Below are positions 7,498-17,845 of a DNA stretch of 32,000 nucleotides, piece by piece. The DNA lies in assembly GCA_963662715.1 (NCBI GenBank), contig OY759724.1:2520001-2552000 (forward strand), in the 5' to 3' direction. Under the pieces are notes generated by a model, which did no database searches, was not told the DNA's origin, and was given only the letters and a program-made list of their open reading frames with translations. How positions within the stretch are numbered: position 1 is the stretch's first letter; each line of letters opens with the position of its first letter. The DNA is from Candidatus Omnitrophota bacterium. GTDB lineage: Bacteria; Omnitrophota; Gorgyraeia; Zapsychrales; JANLHA01. The translations under genes and the position numbers were made by a program.

Positions 7498-10400
7498 TTA
7501 GCAGGGGCCACAATCATAAGCACAGCTCATACAGTCTTCACCATACTCTGTCTCACAAACGGAATTGCCGCAGTAAGGACTCGGACAATCATGCTGACAG
7601 GTTTGGTGTATTTCCGCTACTTCGCATATGGGAACGCCATATGTCGGATCCGGAACATTACACGTCTCCGTACAATCCGGGCGGCAGGTGTATCCGTCTT
7701 CGTAGATCGGGTTCATAGGGTCGTCATTCCACTCGCAGGTGCCGTTGCCGCAGTACGGGCTCGGGCAATCGTGCTGGCAGGATTCAAACCCTTCGGTTTC
7801 CTCGCAGATCGGGACACCTAGCTCCGGATCGGGAACGTTGCAGGTCACGGCGCAGTCCGGGCGGCAGGTGTATCCGTCTTCGTAGATCGGGTTCATAGGG
7901 TCGTCATTCCACTCGCAGGTGCCGTTGCCGCAGTACGGGCTCGGGCAGTCATGCTGGCAGGATTCAAACCCTTCGGTTACCTCGCAGATCGGAACGCCCA
8001 ATTCTGGATCAGGAACGTTGCAGGTCACGGCGCAGTCCGGGCGGCAGGTGTATCCGTCTTCATAGATGGGGTTCATAGGGTCGTCATTCCACTCGCAGGT
8101 GCCGTTGCCGCAGTACGGGCTCGGGCAATCGTGCTGGCAGGATTCAAACCCTTCGGTTTCCTCGCAGATCGGGACACCTAGCTCCGGATCGGGAACGTTG
8201 CAGGTCACGGCGCAGTCCGGGCGGCAGGTGTATCCGTCTTCGTAGATCGGGTTCATAGGATCGTCATTCCACTCGCAGATGCCGTTGCCGCAGTACGGGC
8301 TCGGGCAATCATGCTGGCAGGATTCAAACCCTTCGGTTTCCTCACAGATCGGGACACCTAACTCCGGATCAGGAACGTTGCAGGTCACGGCGCAGTCCGG
8401 GCGGCAGGTGTATCCGTCTTCATAGATCGGGTTCATAGGGTCGTCATTCCACTCGCAGGTGCCGTTGCCGCAGTACGGGCTCGGGCAATCGTGCTGGCAG
8501 GATTCAAACCCTTCGGTCACCTCGCAGATCGGAACGCCCAATTCCGGATCAGGAACGTTGCAGGTCACGGCGCAGTCCGGGCGGCAGGTGTATCCGTCTT
8601 CATAGATCGGGTTCATAGGGTCGTCATTCCACTCGCAGGTGCCGTTGCCGCAGTACGGGCTCGGGCAATCGTGCTGGCAGGATTCAAACCCTTCGGTCAC
8701 CTCGCAGATCGGAACGCCTAACTCCGGATCAGGAACGTTGCAGGTCACGGCGCAGTCCGGGCGGCAGGTGTAACCGTCCTCGTAGATCGGGTTCATAGGA
8801 TCGTCATTCCACTCGCAGGTGCCGTTGCCGCAGTACGGGCTCGGGCAATCGTGCTGGCAGGATTCAAACCCTTCGGTCACCTCGCAGATCGGAACGCCTA
8901 ACTCCGGATCAGGAACGTTGCAGGTCTCGGCACAGTCCGGCAGACATGTATAAGCGTCCTCATAGATCGGATCCATGGGATCGTCGTTCCACTCGCAAAC
9001 ACCGTTACCGCAAGTCGGAATGGGACAATCCTGGGGGCAAATATCATAACCCTCGTCTGCTTGGCAAATACCGTCCCCGCAATTTGCTGAAGTGCCGGAA
9101 TCAGCCAGAAAACCAATATCAACCTGCCCGTACATCCTGGAGATGCTGTTGGCTGTCGGATATCCGTTCCCATACCGGTAACACGTTGATTGAATCGAGA
9201 TGTTGTCATACGTCTGCGGGAAATAATCGATACCGTATCTATAAGAAGCCCCGCTGCCGGCCATGTAAGCCGCAACAGTGTACGTCTCTCCCTGGGTTAC
9301 GGGCACAGGGGTGGGGAGGTCGACAAAACTCCATTCATTACTGGCGGTAACCGCCGCGCTGGCCAGTAAATTCTGTGATGAATCCCAAAGATACACGGTT
9401 TTTGTGCCGTTGAAGAAGCCGCCCAACTGGGTTATTTCCCCGTCGACTTCCGGGACGAAACGATACCCCATGGTATAATTCCACCTGATATTTGTCCTTA
9501 AGGTTCCGTTTTCGTTGGTTTGCCAGGGCGTCTCCGGAATAACCTGCAGGCCGGAAATCGTCATTTCAGGATCGCCCAAAAGATTCAGTTCAAGAATCGC
9601 GTACTTCATGTATTCATTGCTGACGGTCTGTCCGATGAACGGAACTTTTGACATGGCCAGGGTCTGACCGATGCGGTTTATTTCGTCAACAACGATAGTT
9701 TCAAAAAAGGAAGGATCCAGGTAGGTGTCGGATTCCGGGTGCCAGCCATAGCGGCTGTTTCCGGCTAAAGCAACAGCGCCGCCATCAGGGTTGTTTAACC
9801 AGTGTTCGGCAATTGTGTCCGTGTCAATGGCCGCAAAATAGCAGCCCACTGACCATAAGACGGAGTAGTCCGGGGCATTGCTGAAACTGTCCACATCTTG
9901 AGTTGTGATGTAATCACTGCCGGTATACATGCGGTCAATATCGGCATGATCAATGTGATTGATAATGTGATGTCCGGAATTGATTTCCGTTATGGCCTGA
10001 GCACTGTAAGCATAAAGGTCTCTTTCGTAAAGTTTCGTGATCGGATCAAATTGCTGCGGCATATACTGCGCGTCAATGTAGTCTTTGGTTTGGCCGCCGG
10101 CATCCTGAAAGTCTTCGCATCCCAGGAACAGGGCCGTGTTATAAAAGTCGGGATTTTGTCCCTGAATATAGGTCAGGATTTTACTGACAAAAACCTGGGC
10201 TTCCTGCTGATCCTCTACCGGAGCCCGTCCGACAAAAACATCCGGATACAGGTCCAGATTGTCTTCGTATTCTCCGAAAATGCTGTCCTGATCAGCGTCC
10301 CAATCACCGTCTAAATCAGAATAGTACATGTCCGTGGGGATGTAAGAAGATGCGACATAAGCCGGCCGGACAGGGACAATGTTGACATCTCCGCCCAGCA

Positions 10401-11385
10401 ACACCCAGACAAGACCGTTGTTCGTATAGAGGTCGATGATGAAGTTCCGAATCTTCTCGGCTGTGTCACGGCCGGATACGTTTTGCTCTATCCATTCCAC
10501 AGACTCAATTTCAGCCGTGAGTCCCTGATTTGTTTTTTCATCCAGTAACGGCTGAAAAACCTGGCTGGTAATAAGGGCTTGACTGGTGATAATGATGTAG
10601 TCAACAGTCCCTGAATAGCTACCGGCCAGCAGGATTTCGCCGCTGAGCTCTGCTTCTACGGCTGAGCGGGAATCCTGCAGAGTCGTATCGACCGCCTCGC
10701 TGTTGGTGAACACTTTTTTAAAGGCGTCTTTTAACGCTTTGTCTGATTTGTCGGATATTGTTTTTCTTTTCCGGTGTTTTATGTCTTTGCTTGATGAGGC
10801 GGCGGTGTTTTTGCCGGTTCGCTCTTCTGAACTTAACTTGAATTTAATTTTCTTATGCAGAATCAGTTCTTTTTGAGCGGGCAAATATTGTATGGGGTAG
10901 ACATGGACCGTAACAATATTCACGTCGCTTAAGTTCCCGGATTTTACCTTCTTGATCATTTCAGCCGGGTAAAGTTCTTGTGATGCATAGGCGTCCTTGT
11001 CCGGATTGGTAAAAGAATATTGGCTCCCGTAATGCTGGGATTCCTGCGCCGGATAAAGCAAAAACTCTCCTTCCAATTTTTCAGTAACATCTTCTAGGAT
11101 CTCGATGCCTGTCACTTCGATATCATTGGCAACAGCGAACTGGTAAACTTTATACGGGACCTGCGGTTTCCCCGCCTCTCTCGTTGAAGCATGCCAGTTC
11201 GTTTTAATGATATCGTAGCCTTCTTCTGCCGTGATGTTCAGATCACTCTGGGAGAATTCTATCTCGTGAATGATATCTTCACTTTGGGCCGCTAATACTG
11301 AAATTCGCGCTGAAGAAAACAGTATAGAAAATAACAGCATTTGCATCAGCAGTCCCAGGTGTTTCTTGCGTCTATACTTATTCAT
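7498..11385 (-). CDS. Secreted peptidase C25 (gingipain-like) with beta-sandwich region and C-terminal cysteine-rich repeat stalk
   Basis: Signal peptide (..ARISVLAAQS). Propeptide-like N-terminal region. C25-type core with ...YIIITSQAL..., His region SGHHIINHIDHAD and Cys region VLWSVGCYFAAID. The region GYRFVPEVDGEITQLGG...YTVAAYMAGSGASYRYG resembles DUF4082, from memory only. Then come 8 x 60-aa Cys-rich modules. SD aaaggagaa lies upstream of ATG 11385. Confidence 0.85.
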   Translation of the reverse strand: MNKYRRKKHLGLLMQMLLFSILFSSARISVLAAQSEDIIHEIEFSQSDLNITAEEGYDIIKTNWHASTREAGKPQVPYKVYQFAVANDIEVTGIEILEDVTEKLEGEFLLYPAQESQHYGSQYSFTNPDKDAYASQELYPAEMIKKVKSGNLSDVNIVTVHVYPIQYLPAQKELILHKKIKFKLSSEERTGKNTAASSSKDIKHRKRKTISDKSDKALKDAFKKVFTNSEAVDTTLQDSRSAVEAELSGEILLAGSYSGTVDYIIITSQALITSQVFQPLLDEKTNQGLTAEIESVEWIEQNVSGRDTAEKIRNFIIDLYTNNGLVWVLLGGDVNIVPVRPAYVASSYIPTDMYYSDLDGDWDADQDSIFGEYEDNLDLYPDVFVGRAPVEDQQEAQVFVSKILTYIQGQNPDFYNTALFLGCEDFQDAGGQTKDYIDAQYMPQQFDPITKLYERDLYAYSAQAITEINSGHHIINHIDHADIDRMYTGSDYITTQDVDSFSNAPDYSVLWSVGCYFAAIDTDTIAEHWLNNPDGGAVALAGNSRYGWHPESDTYLDPSFFETIVVDEINRIGQTLAMSKVPFIGQTVSNEYMKYAILELNLLGDPEMTISGLQVIPETPWQTNENGTLRTNIRWNYTMGYRFVPEVDGEITQLGGFFNGTKTVYLWDSSQNLLASAAVTASNEWSFVDLPTPVPVTQGETYTVAAYMAGSGASYRYGIDYFPQTYDNISIQSTCYRYGNGYPTANSISRMYGQVDIGFLADSGTSANCGDGICQADEGYDICPQDCPIPTCGNGVCEWNDDPMDPIYEDAYTCLPDCAETCNVPDPELGVPICEVTEGFESCQHDCPSPYCGNGTCEWNDDPMNPIYEDGYTCRPDCAVTCNVPDPELGVPICEVTEGFESCQHDCPSPYCGNGTCEWNDDPMNPIYEDGYTCRPDCAVTCNVPDPELGVPICEVTEGFESCQHDCPSPYCGNGTCEWNDDPMNPIYEDGYTCRPDCAVTCNVPDPELGVPICEETEGFESCQHDCPSPYCGNGICEWNDDPMNPIYEDGYTCRPDCAVTCNVPDPELGVPICEETEGFESCQHDCPSPYCGNGTCEWNDDPMNPIYEDGYTCRPDCAVTCNVPDPELGVPICEVTEGFESCQHDCPSPYCGNGTCEWNDDPMNPIYEDGYTCRPDCAVTCNVPDPELGVPICEETEGFESCQHDCPSPYCGNGTCEWNDDPMNPIYEDGYTCRPDCTETCNVPDPTYGVPICEVAEIHQTCQHDCPSPYCGNSVCETEYGEDCMSCAYDCGPC
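7573..9012 (-). repeat. Tandem array of 8 x 180 bp, in frame within the C25 gene
   Basis: Unit borders are R8 7573..7752, R7 7753..7932, R6 7933..8112, R5 8113..8292, R4 8293..8472, R3 8473..8652, R2 8653..8832, R1 8833..9012. Each unit encodes CGNGTCEWNDDPMNPIYEDGYTCRPDCAVTCNVPDPELGVPICE(V/E)TEGFESCQHDCPSPY. 7741..7899 is base-for-base identical to 8101..8259. Confidence 0.95.
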
Positions 11386-11707
11386 TTGTTCTCCTTTGGT
11401 TTGCCGTAGTGGATAAACAGTATGACATTTATCGGAAAGAGGGGGGGATGAATAATAGGTATTGACATAGCACAGTTTAAAGATTTTTTTTGTAATAATT
11501 AAGATGTCAATAATATTATCTGCACGCCTTCTATAGGGCTGTTGCTTACTTTTATAATATTAATGGTAGACTATTATTTTAGCATTTTAGATGTGGAAAT
11601 CAACCGCTTTCGCCGTGGAATAAGCATTTCTTTGTGATTTCACAATTTTGTCAAGAGGTTAGGAGTTAAAACAAGTGGTCAGTGTTCCGGCACAACCGTG
11701 GATAATA

Positions 11708-12526
11708 TTACCGGATCTCAGTTTTCCAGAATCGTACCACCGAAGCTTGGCAGAAGAAATCGAGCTGTTCAATAAAAAGAAATTTAGAATTGAGGAACCA
11801 GAGCGGCATTAAGACAGGTAAGGTCATGATGCGGATTTTTGCGGAATGTCTCTTTACAAAGGTCCGCAGTTTTTTCCGTTTCGGATAAGCATGGCCATTT
11901 TTGTCATATAGTTTCGGCGTGAAAAGTGAAATGTTAAAATGAGGGAAGCAAATATCTGCTTTAAAACCATGTTTCTTGCCAAATAAAGCAAGCCCGGTCG
12001 GAGTGGGGTTGTTGATGTGTCCGGGAGCTATGCTTTCAACAAAATCATATTTACAAGTCGAAGATACCCAGAAAAGCCCGTTCGGTTTAAGGATACGAAA
12101 AGACTCATTAAAGATATTTTCATTGATACTTTGCGGGACGTGCTCATAGACATTATGACACATAATGAAATCAATGGATGTGTCTTCTATGGGGAGGGGG
12201 TCCTTGAGGTTATGCACACGGCTGTCAATCCCGAGGTTCTCTTTGGCCCATCCGACGGCACTCTTTGCTCCTTCCAAAGCGATGACATGCAGCCCGTTTT
12301 CCTGGCAGCATTTCGTGAAGAACCCTTCTCCGGCGCCCAGGTCAAGTCCGGATGCGGAAGGTCCGACGTATTTGATGACTTTTTCGACAAGGACTTGATA
12401 TGTTTTCCAGCGGTCAGCAGACCAGCCTTTTATCCGCTGTTCATAATGGTCGTCATTGACAATGCCGTCTGCCTGGGCATGGTTGGTTTGCATGTTTAAT
12501 CCTGATGTGATTATGTGTTGATTCAT
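11708..12526 (-). CDS. Class I SAM-dependent methyltransferase
   Basis: Motif I is GLDLGAGEGFF. A post-I acidic residue is followed by DFIMCHNVYEHV and LKPNGLFWVS. The start could instead be the internal Met at 12493, which has an AGGA 7 nt upstream. Confidence 0.75.
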   Translation of the reverse strand: MNQHIITSGLNMQTNHAQADGIVNDDHYEQRIKGWSADRWKTYQVLVEKVIKYVGPSASGLDLGAGEGFFTKCCQENGLHVIALEGAKSAVGWAKENLGIDSRVHNLKDPLPIEDTSIDFIMCHNVYEHVPQSINENIFNESFRILKPNGLFWVSSTCKYDFVESIAPGHINNPTPTGLALFGKKHGFKADICFPHFNISLFTPKLYDKNGHAYPKRKKLRTFVKRHSAKIRIMTLPVLMPLWFLNSKFLFIEQLDFFCQASVVRFWKTEIR

Positions 12527-12873
12527 CTAGGACATTTTAACATAAACCAGACCGGGTCCCTCTAACTTTCTGCTATATATATGTTTTTGAGAGAAGTGCT
12601 TCCCCTTTGAAATCTGGGAGAATACGTTGGGGCGCAGCATAGGTTTAGCTGGTTATGAAATTATTTCAGCAGGGGGAGCTTTTTTCCTGCATCTGCAGCT
12701 ATTTGAAATTTAATGGGTTGCCGATGGCTGGTTTTCACCGGTCGTAACAGCCGAACAAATTAAATTTGCCGGAAAAATTTGTGTTTCGGATCTTATATGA
12801 TAAAATGGTTCGTATTAAACAACAGGGGAAAGAGCCATTTTTTAAATTAAAATAATTGGAATTTTAAAATAAT

Positions 12874-13743
12874 ATGAATGAGATGCAATCTATACAAAAA
12901 TATGCTGATTTAATATATGATGTCGGCATGCATAAAGGGGAAGATACTGATTATTATCTCAAGAAAGGATTCCGGGTGGTCGCATTCGAAGCCAATCCTG
13001 CTTTAGTCGCTTCCTGCCGAAATCGATTTTCAGATGATATTAAAAACGGAAAATTATCAATAGTTGAAGGAGCGATTGTAGAACAGCTGCCTGATAAGAG
13101 TCAGCCGGCATCCATTAAGTTTTATCAAAATAAGCAAAAAAGCATATGGGGTACTGTTGATAGTGCCTGGGCCCAACGAAATGAAGTCGTTGATGGCACT
13201 ACAAATGAGATCATTGAGGTGCCAGTCGTTAACTTTTCAGATTGCCTTAAGGAACATGGGATCCCGTACTATATGAAGATCGATATTGAGGGGATGGATT
13301 CCGTCTGCCTGAAAGCTTTAATGAACAGTCAACAAAAACCGGATTATATTTCGATCGAGTCTGAAAAAGTGTCATTTGATAAATTGCTGGAAGAATTTAA
13401 TTTGTTAGTAAAGCTTGATTATTCAAAATTCAAAGCTGTGCAGCAGAAATACATTTCACGTCAGCGGGAACCTAACCCTTCCCGGGAAGGTTGTCATGTG
13501 GGATACCGGTTTCAGAATGGCTCAAGTGGTTTGTTCGGATCGGATCTTCCTTTCGAATGGAAAGAGTATGATCAGATCATTGAAGAATATAAATCTATCT
13601 TTGTCCAATATGAATTGTTCGGGGACTACGGAAAATTCTCCAAGTATTCCCCCGTTAAATTTCTTTTAAAAGTGATAGGCAAAATCACCCAGAAGCCGAT
13701 CCCGGGATGGTATGATACACATGCCAAACATTCTTCTGTTTAG
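12874..13743 (+). CDS. FkbM-family methyltransferase (putative)
   Basis: IYDVGMHKGEDTDYYLKKGFRVVAFEANPALV resembles the FkbM-family N-terminal motif (DvGAn.G..t..fl..g..V.afEPnp). YMKIDIEGMD is the typical downstream motif. Confidence 0.7.
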   Translation: MNEMQSIQKYADLIYDVGMHKGEDTDYYLKKGFRVVAFEANPALVASCRNRFSDDIKNGKLSIVEGAIVEQLPDKSQPASIKFYQNKQKSIWGTVDSAWAQRNEVVDGTTNEIIEVPVVNFSDCLKEHGIPYYMKIDIEGMDSVCLKALMNSQQKPDYISIESEKVSFDKLLEEFNLLVKLDYSKFKAVQQKYISRQREPNPSREGCHVGYRFQNGSSGLFGSDLPFEWKEYDQIIEEYKSIFVQYELFGDYGKFSKYSPVKFLLKVIGKITQKPIPGWYDTHAKHSSV

Positions 13744-14209
13744 CCTGTTGCTGGTCTTCGCTTCATGCTTTTTTCTAAAAGGACGGTAACCTATTCCACT
13801 CAAAAGAGATCTGTACTCCTATAGCCTTTCCAGAAATTGCCCTGCATGAACAATTGCTGAAGAATGTGGATTTTTTGGGGTGGCAGTATTATGCTGTTAC
13901 ACCCTCGTCATAAGACAATATATCTTATCAGATTAGTCAGGTATTAAGCAGTGGCAAAAGTTCTCCATTAAAAACGGACGGCCTTGGGTGTCTGTGTTTG
14001 CATATATGGCTCAATGGCTTATTTCCTGAAAAGGAAAAGGTCGTTTAGCTATTCAATATTGGGTAGTGTGCTAATTAAGTTTTAATTTTTATAAATGTTG
14101 TATTTTATAAACTTTTTCTTGGGGTGGACTGTCTTGGTAGTTCCAGGATAGTTGCGGTTAATAGAGAGGAATTTTAGCATATTTTGCATAAAATCGTTGT
14201 TATCTTTTT

Positions 14210-14225
14210 TGGCACAATATTTGCT
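14210..14225 (+). promoter_or_regulatory. Sigma-54 (-24/-12) promoter, TGGCAC-aatat-TTGCT
   Basis: Exact match to the TGGCAC-N5-TTGCW consensus, with canonical GG/GC spacing, 100 bp upstream of the PEP-CTERM gene start. I found no other such match in the window on either strand. Confidence 0.65.
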
Positions 14226-14324
14226 GTACTTAGTTGATAGAATATTTTTTTATAGATAATATGAATTTTAAAAAAATTTAAATAATGTATTAAGTAAATC
14301 ATTAGCTGAAGGAGGAGGGGTTAA

Positions 14325-14984
14325 ATGAAAAGAGTTGTTTTCTTAAGTGTTTTATTTGTTATTTTTACCTGTAGCAACGCCATGGCTTCCGTGATTACTT
14401 TTGATGATGTCATCATGGGAGAAACCACGTATAGCTTCGACTCTGATGGAGACAGTATTTATGATGTGATTTTTTCAACTTCAGATCCATATGGGTTTAA
14501 TACGGTCGGGCCGGGAACAAATATGTCGTATATCCTTGAACCTGGATTAGAAGGTTCGACAGAATACGATCTTAGAGTCGATTTTCTTAACCAAGCGCAA
14601 GGTTATCTTAATTTCGGTTTTGCCCTCGATGATTTTTCCGAAACCTCCAACACTTGGACTGAATTTTGGGTATACGATAACGTTGGCAACCTCTTAGCGC
14701 ATGATTTTGAATACGGACTATATACGACACCAGATGGTTCTAATCCGAGTGATTTCCCCGAGGGATTAATCGAGACCAGCTTTTCAGGTATCGCAAGCTA
14801 TGCGCTTTTTGATTTTAATAATGACGTTTCTGGTGGACAAAGGTATATTATCGATAATTTTGAAGGTGTTTTCGGGTCAACAGAAGTTCCTCCCGCTAAC
14901 CCAGTCCCTGAACCTGCAACAATGTTTTTATTGGGATCAGGTTTATTAGGACTTGCAAGAAAGAGGAAAAAGTCATTACTTTAA
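14325..14984 (+). CDS. PEP-CTERM sorting-domain protein
   Basis: Signal peptide (..CSNAMA). The C-terminus PVPEPATMFLLGSGLLGLARKRKK is the PEP motif plus TM helix plus basic cluster. SD gaaggaggagggg is upstream. Confidence 0.85.
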   Translation: MKRVVFLSVLFVIFTCSNAMASVITFDDVIMGETTYSFDSDGDSIYDVIFSTSDPYGFNTVGPGTNMSYILEPGLEGSTEYDLRVDFLNQAQGYLNFGFALDDFSETSNTWTEFWVYDNVGNLLAHDFEYGLYTTPDGSNPSDFPEGLIETSFSGIASYALFDFNNDVSGGQRYIIDNFEGVFGSTEVPPANPVPEPATMFLLGSGLLGLARKRKKSLL

Positions 14985-15008
14985 GGTAAGTTTTTTACAA
15001 GATACTAG

Positions 15009-15050
15009 AAAAACCCTCTGTAATAAATATTACAGAGGGTTTTTCTTTTT
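15009..15050. terminator. Bidirectional intrinsic terminator between the PEP-CTERM gene and the chemoreceptor gene
   Basis: ccctctgtaat (15014..15024) pairs with attacagaggg (15029..15039). It is flanked by an A-run on the left and ttttcttttt on the right. Confidence 0.8.
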
Positions 15051-15257
15051 GGCCCGATGGCCGATATTTTTTAAAAGCAATTTTTAGTGTTTCTTAAAAT
15101 GATTCCCCAATCAGACCGGGTCTGTCAAAAGCCTTGGAATGTATTGAGTCTTGGCAAAAAAGAATATCTTGTTTGGACTTACAGCGGGGATACCCCTTTT
15201 TCTTCTTCGCTGAGAAGTAACCTATTTGTAGGTGAGGGGGAGGACATTGCCCTCTCT

Positions 15258-17150
15258 TTAGAGAAGGCCTCGGGGGGGAGAAGATTCTAGCACAAATTCG
15301 CCAACGGATTTTTTTAATTCTTCAGATAAGTTAGCTAGTTTACTAGCTGAGTCCATAAATTGTTGTGTGGAAGACAAAAACTGCTGAGTAACACCAGAAA
15401 TATTCAATATACAATCCACTGTTTCATTTGAAGCAACCCGCTGTTCTTGAATAATACGCGAAATTTCTTGCGCAGCATTGCTTGTTTCCTGTACTAACTT
15501 TAAAACTTGTGCCACTTGTTTAACAGAATCGCTCATATCCCTGACAGCCAACCGTGTTTCTTCCTGAATCTCATCAATTATTGCCCTTATTTCATTTATA
15601 GAAGAGGAAGACTTAGAGGCAAGCTTTTTTACTTCTCTGGCAACAATGCTGAATCCTCTCCCGAACTCCCCGGCTCGAGCTGCTTCAATGCTGGCATTTA
15701 GAGCTAAAAGGTTTGTTTGTTCAACAACATTATCAATCAATTCAGTTATTCCTCCAATATGTGTTAACTTTTTTTCTAAATTAGCAATATGCGTGTCAGT
15801 TTGAACAACCTTTTGATTCACCTCCTGCATGCTGAAAAATGTACGTTCAGCAATTTTGGCAACGCCTTCTGAATTCTCGGCAATATGTGAAGAAGTATTT
15901 GCCAATTCTTCAACAATTGAAGAAGCTTGGTGTACCGTGGCGGCCTGGGCTTCGGCGTCTGCAGCTTGTTTGCTCGCCCCGCTGTTAATTTTGGAAGCGA
16001 ATTGATTGATTTCGAACCCGGCATTCTGAATATGTAATATTACTTCTCTCAAGGTTTCAATAACCTTATTATAAGCAATCGCAAGTTCGCCAATTTCATC
16101 GCGGCTATTTACACGAACTGCCTTTGTTAAATCTTTTGCCCCGATATTTTTCATCCCCTCTTTCAATTTTTCTACAGGATTTGTAATTGAAACCGATATA
16201 AAAAAACTGAAAACAATCGCGACAATAACGCTGATAATCCCAACGGCCACAATAACATCTCTTAATTTAAAAGTCTCCCTCAATAATTCATGATCAGGAA
16301 TAGTTATTGCCGCGGACCAGTTTAAACGCTGATAAGGAGAATAAAATATATGTTTTAACACGCCTTCAAATTCATAGTCGCCCTGCCCGTGCTCCATGTT
16401 TATCATATGATTGACTACTTCGGTTAACTTTTTGTCCGGCGTCCTAAGTATATTGCGATGTAAGATATTCTCTTTGTTGGGGTGAGCAATGATTATCCCG
16501 TCCTTGTTCACCAAATATCCATATCCTGTCTCCCCAGCTTTCATTTCATCAATGAACGAAGTTATTGCTTCCCCTTTTATATCTAATGCAATAACGCCAA
16601 TCTTTTCCCCTTCTTTAGAATTTACCAATTTTGACATCGTTAATACAGCTGAGTTTGTGTTTTGATCAAGATATATGTCCGAGACATATACTTTTTTTCT
16701 GCCTGTATTTAATGCACCACGAAACCATTCGGCTTTGGATTCATCTTTGTTGATATTTTTTGAATCATTTGAAGTCGTTAAGAGTTGGTTGCCTTCAAGG
16801 GATAGCAATCGGATTCGTGATAAGTATGGCCGTTTGTTTATATAGTCTTGATACTCATCAACGACATCGGAAAGACGATTACGCATGTAGTCATTTAAGT
16901 AAAATGCCATCTGTGTAATAGGTTTCTCCGATAATTCTTCAGTATCGCGCACACAAACTTCTAAAAAAGCGTCCATTTGCTTTACAGATTTTCCAACAAT
17001 ACTACTTAATGACTGGGAAAGCTGAGAAACGAGTGCTTCTGAAGCGCTGGAGTAAGAAAAATATCCCAAAGCACACAGCGGAAGAGCAATAAGAATTAAA
17101 TAGGAAAGGAATAGTTTCAATTGCATCCGTGTCTTTTTTAGGAAAAACAT
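15258..17150 (-). CDS. Methyl-accepting chemotaxis protein (Cache-type periplasmic sensor, HAMP, MA domain)
   Basis: Two TM segments flank a roughly 270-aa periplasmic region. HAMP-like [37 protein letters not shown]. Signalling hairpin motif [33 protein letters not shown]. Confidence 0.9.
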   Translation of the reverse strand: MFFLKKTRMQLKLFLSYLILIALPLCALGYFSYSSASEALVSQLSQSLSSIVGKSVKQMDAFLEVCVRDTEELSEKPITQMAFYLNDYMRNRLSDVVDEYQDYINKRPYLSRIRLLSLEGNQLLTTSNDSKNINKDESKAEWFRGALNTGRKKVYVSDIYLDQNTNSAVLTMSKLVNSKEGEKIGVIALDIKGEAITSFIDEMKAGETGYGYLVNKDGIIIAHPNKENILHRNILRTPDKKLTEVVNHMINMEHGQGDYEFEGVLKHIFYSPYQRLNWSAAITIPDHELLRETFKLRDVIVAVGIISVIVAIVFSFFISVSITNPVEKLKEGMKNIGAKDLTKAVRVNSRDEIGELAIAYNKVIETLREVILHIQNAGFEINQFASKINSGASKQAADAEAQAATVHQASSIVEELANTSSHIAENSEGVAKIAERTFFSMQEVNQKVVQTDTHIANLEKKLTHIGGITELIDNVVEQTNLLALNASIEAARAGEFGRGFSIVAREVKKLASKSSSSINEIRAIIDEIQEETRLAVRDMSDSVKQVAQVLKLVQETSNAAQEISRIIQEQRVASNETVDCILNISGVTQQFLSSTQQFMDSASKLANLSEELKKSVGEFVLESSPPRGLL

Positions 17151-17781
17151 TCCACTCCCCTTTTTATTTTTAAAATTAAAAAATAAACAGCCATATAATT
17201 ATTGTCCAGTTTTTATGCCTGATTTTATCCAAGAAAATAATTTTTTCTCATTTTTTGCTGTTTTTAAAAGATGTGTCTGGACACGTTTTCTTTTGCCTTT
17301 GAATAATATATGTAACAGCCCCCACATGTTTTGAAAATATATACTAAATATATCGCTCCTTTCTAAAACTTGCATTCAAAATTTTAATTTTTTTAGCCAC
17401 ATAAAAATTAATTAATTATGAAAAAATAACCATGCCAAATACTGTGAGGGTAAAATTAACATGGATATCTTGAAAAATTGGTTTACGTCGGAGAGAAAAC
17501 GTCAGAATTTATTTCGCGTTTGTTGTATTTATAGACGATGCCTCGCCCATATCCCGTAATGCGTGTAACCTTGTTGCCCCAGGTCTTTGCATCCCGTTAG
17601 GTTGGAAATTTTATTTAAGGCAGGATTTATCCGGTATAATGCCGCGGATATTCAGCGCAATAATTCTTTAGTAGCCTATTCTGTCCTTATCTTGAGCAAG
17701 TCGAGCATAATGTGATAAATAAAAAGACATCGGAAGATTTTTTTCTGATTTTTTTTGACGATAAAAAAAACTAGAATCTTG

Positions 17782-17811
17782 TTGAGCCAGAAGTCAAATT
17801 TTAGTTATAAT
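17782..17811 (+). promoter_or_regulatory. Candidate sigma-70 promoter (TTGAGC-18 nt-TATAAT) for the porin-like gene
   Basis: TTGAGC at 17782..17787 and TATAAT at 17806..17811, about 35 nt upstream of ATG 17846. Confidence 0.4.
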
Positions 17812-17845
17812 ACTAAAAAATTTAATTTAAGGAAGGAGGAGGGGG

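Noticed and set aside
7591-8721. Three 76-aa plus-strand ORFs (7591..7821, 7951..8181, 8491..8721) with near-identical translations
   Set aside because: They are antisense read-throughs of the 180-bp repeat. They recur only because the repeat recurs, have no SD, and lie wholly inside the well-supported minus-strand C25 gene.
7573-9012. Could the regular 180-bp periodicity be a CRISPR-like array?
   Set aside because: There are no unique spacers between repeats. The units are contiguous, in frame, and translate into a continuous cysteine-rich protein module. The period is far longer than CRISPR repeat-spacer units.
15087-15290. 67-aa plus-strand ORF between the bidirectional terminator and the chemoreceptor 3' end
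   Set aside because: It overlaps the chemoreceptor stop region on the opposite strand. It has no SD and no family resemblance.
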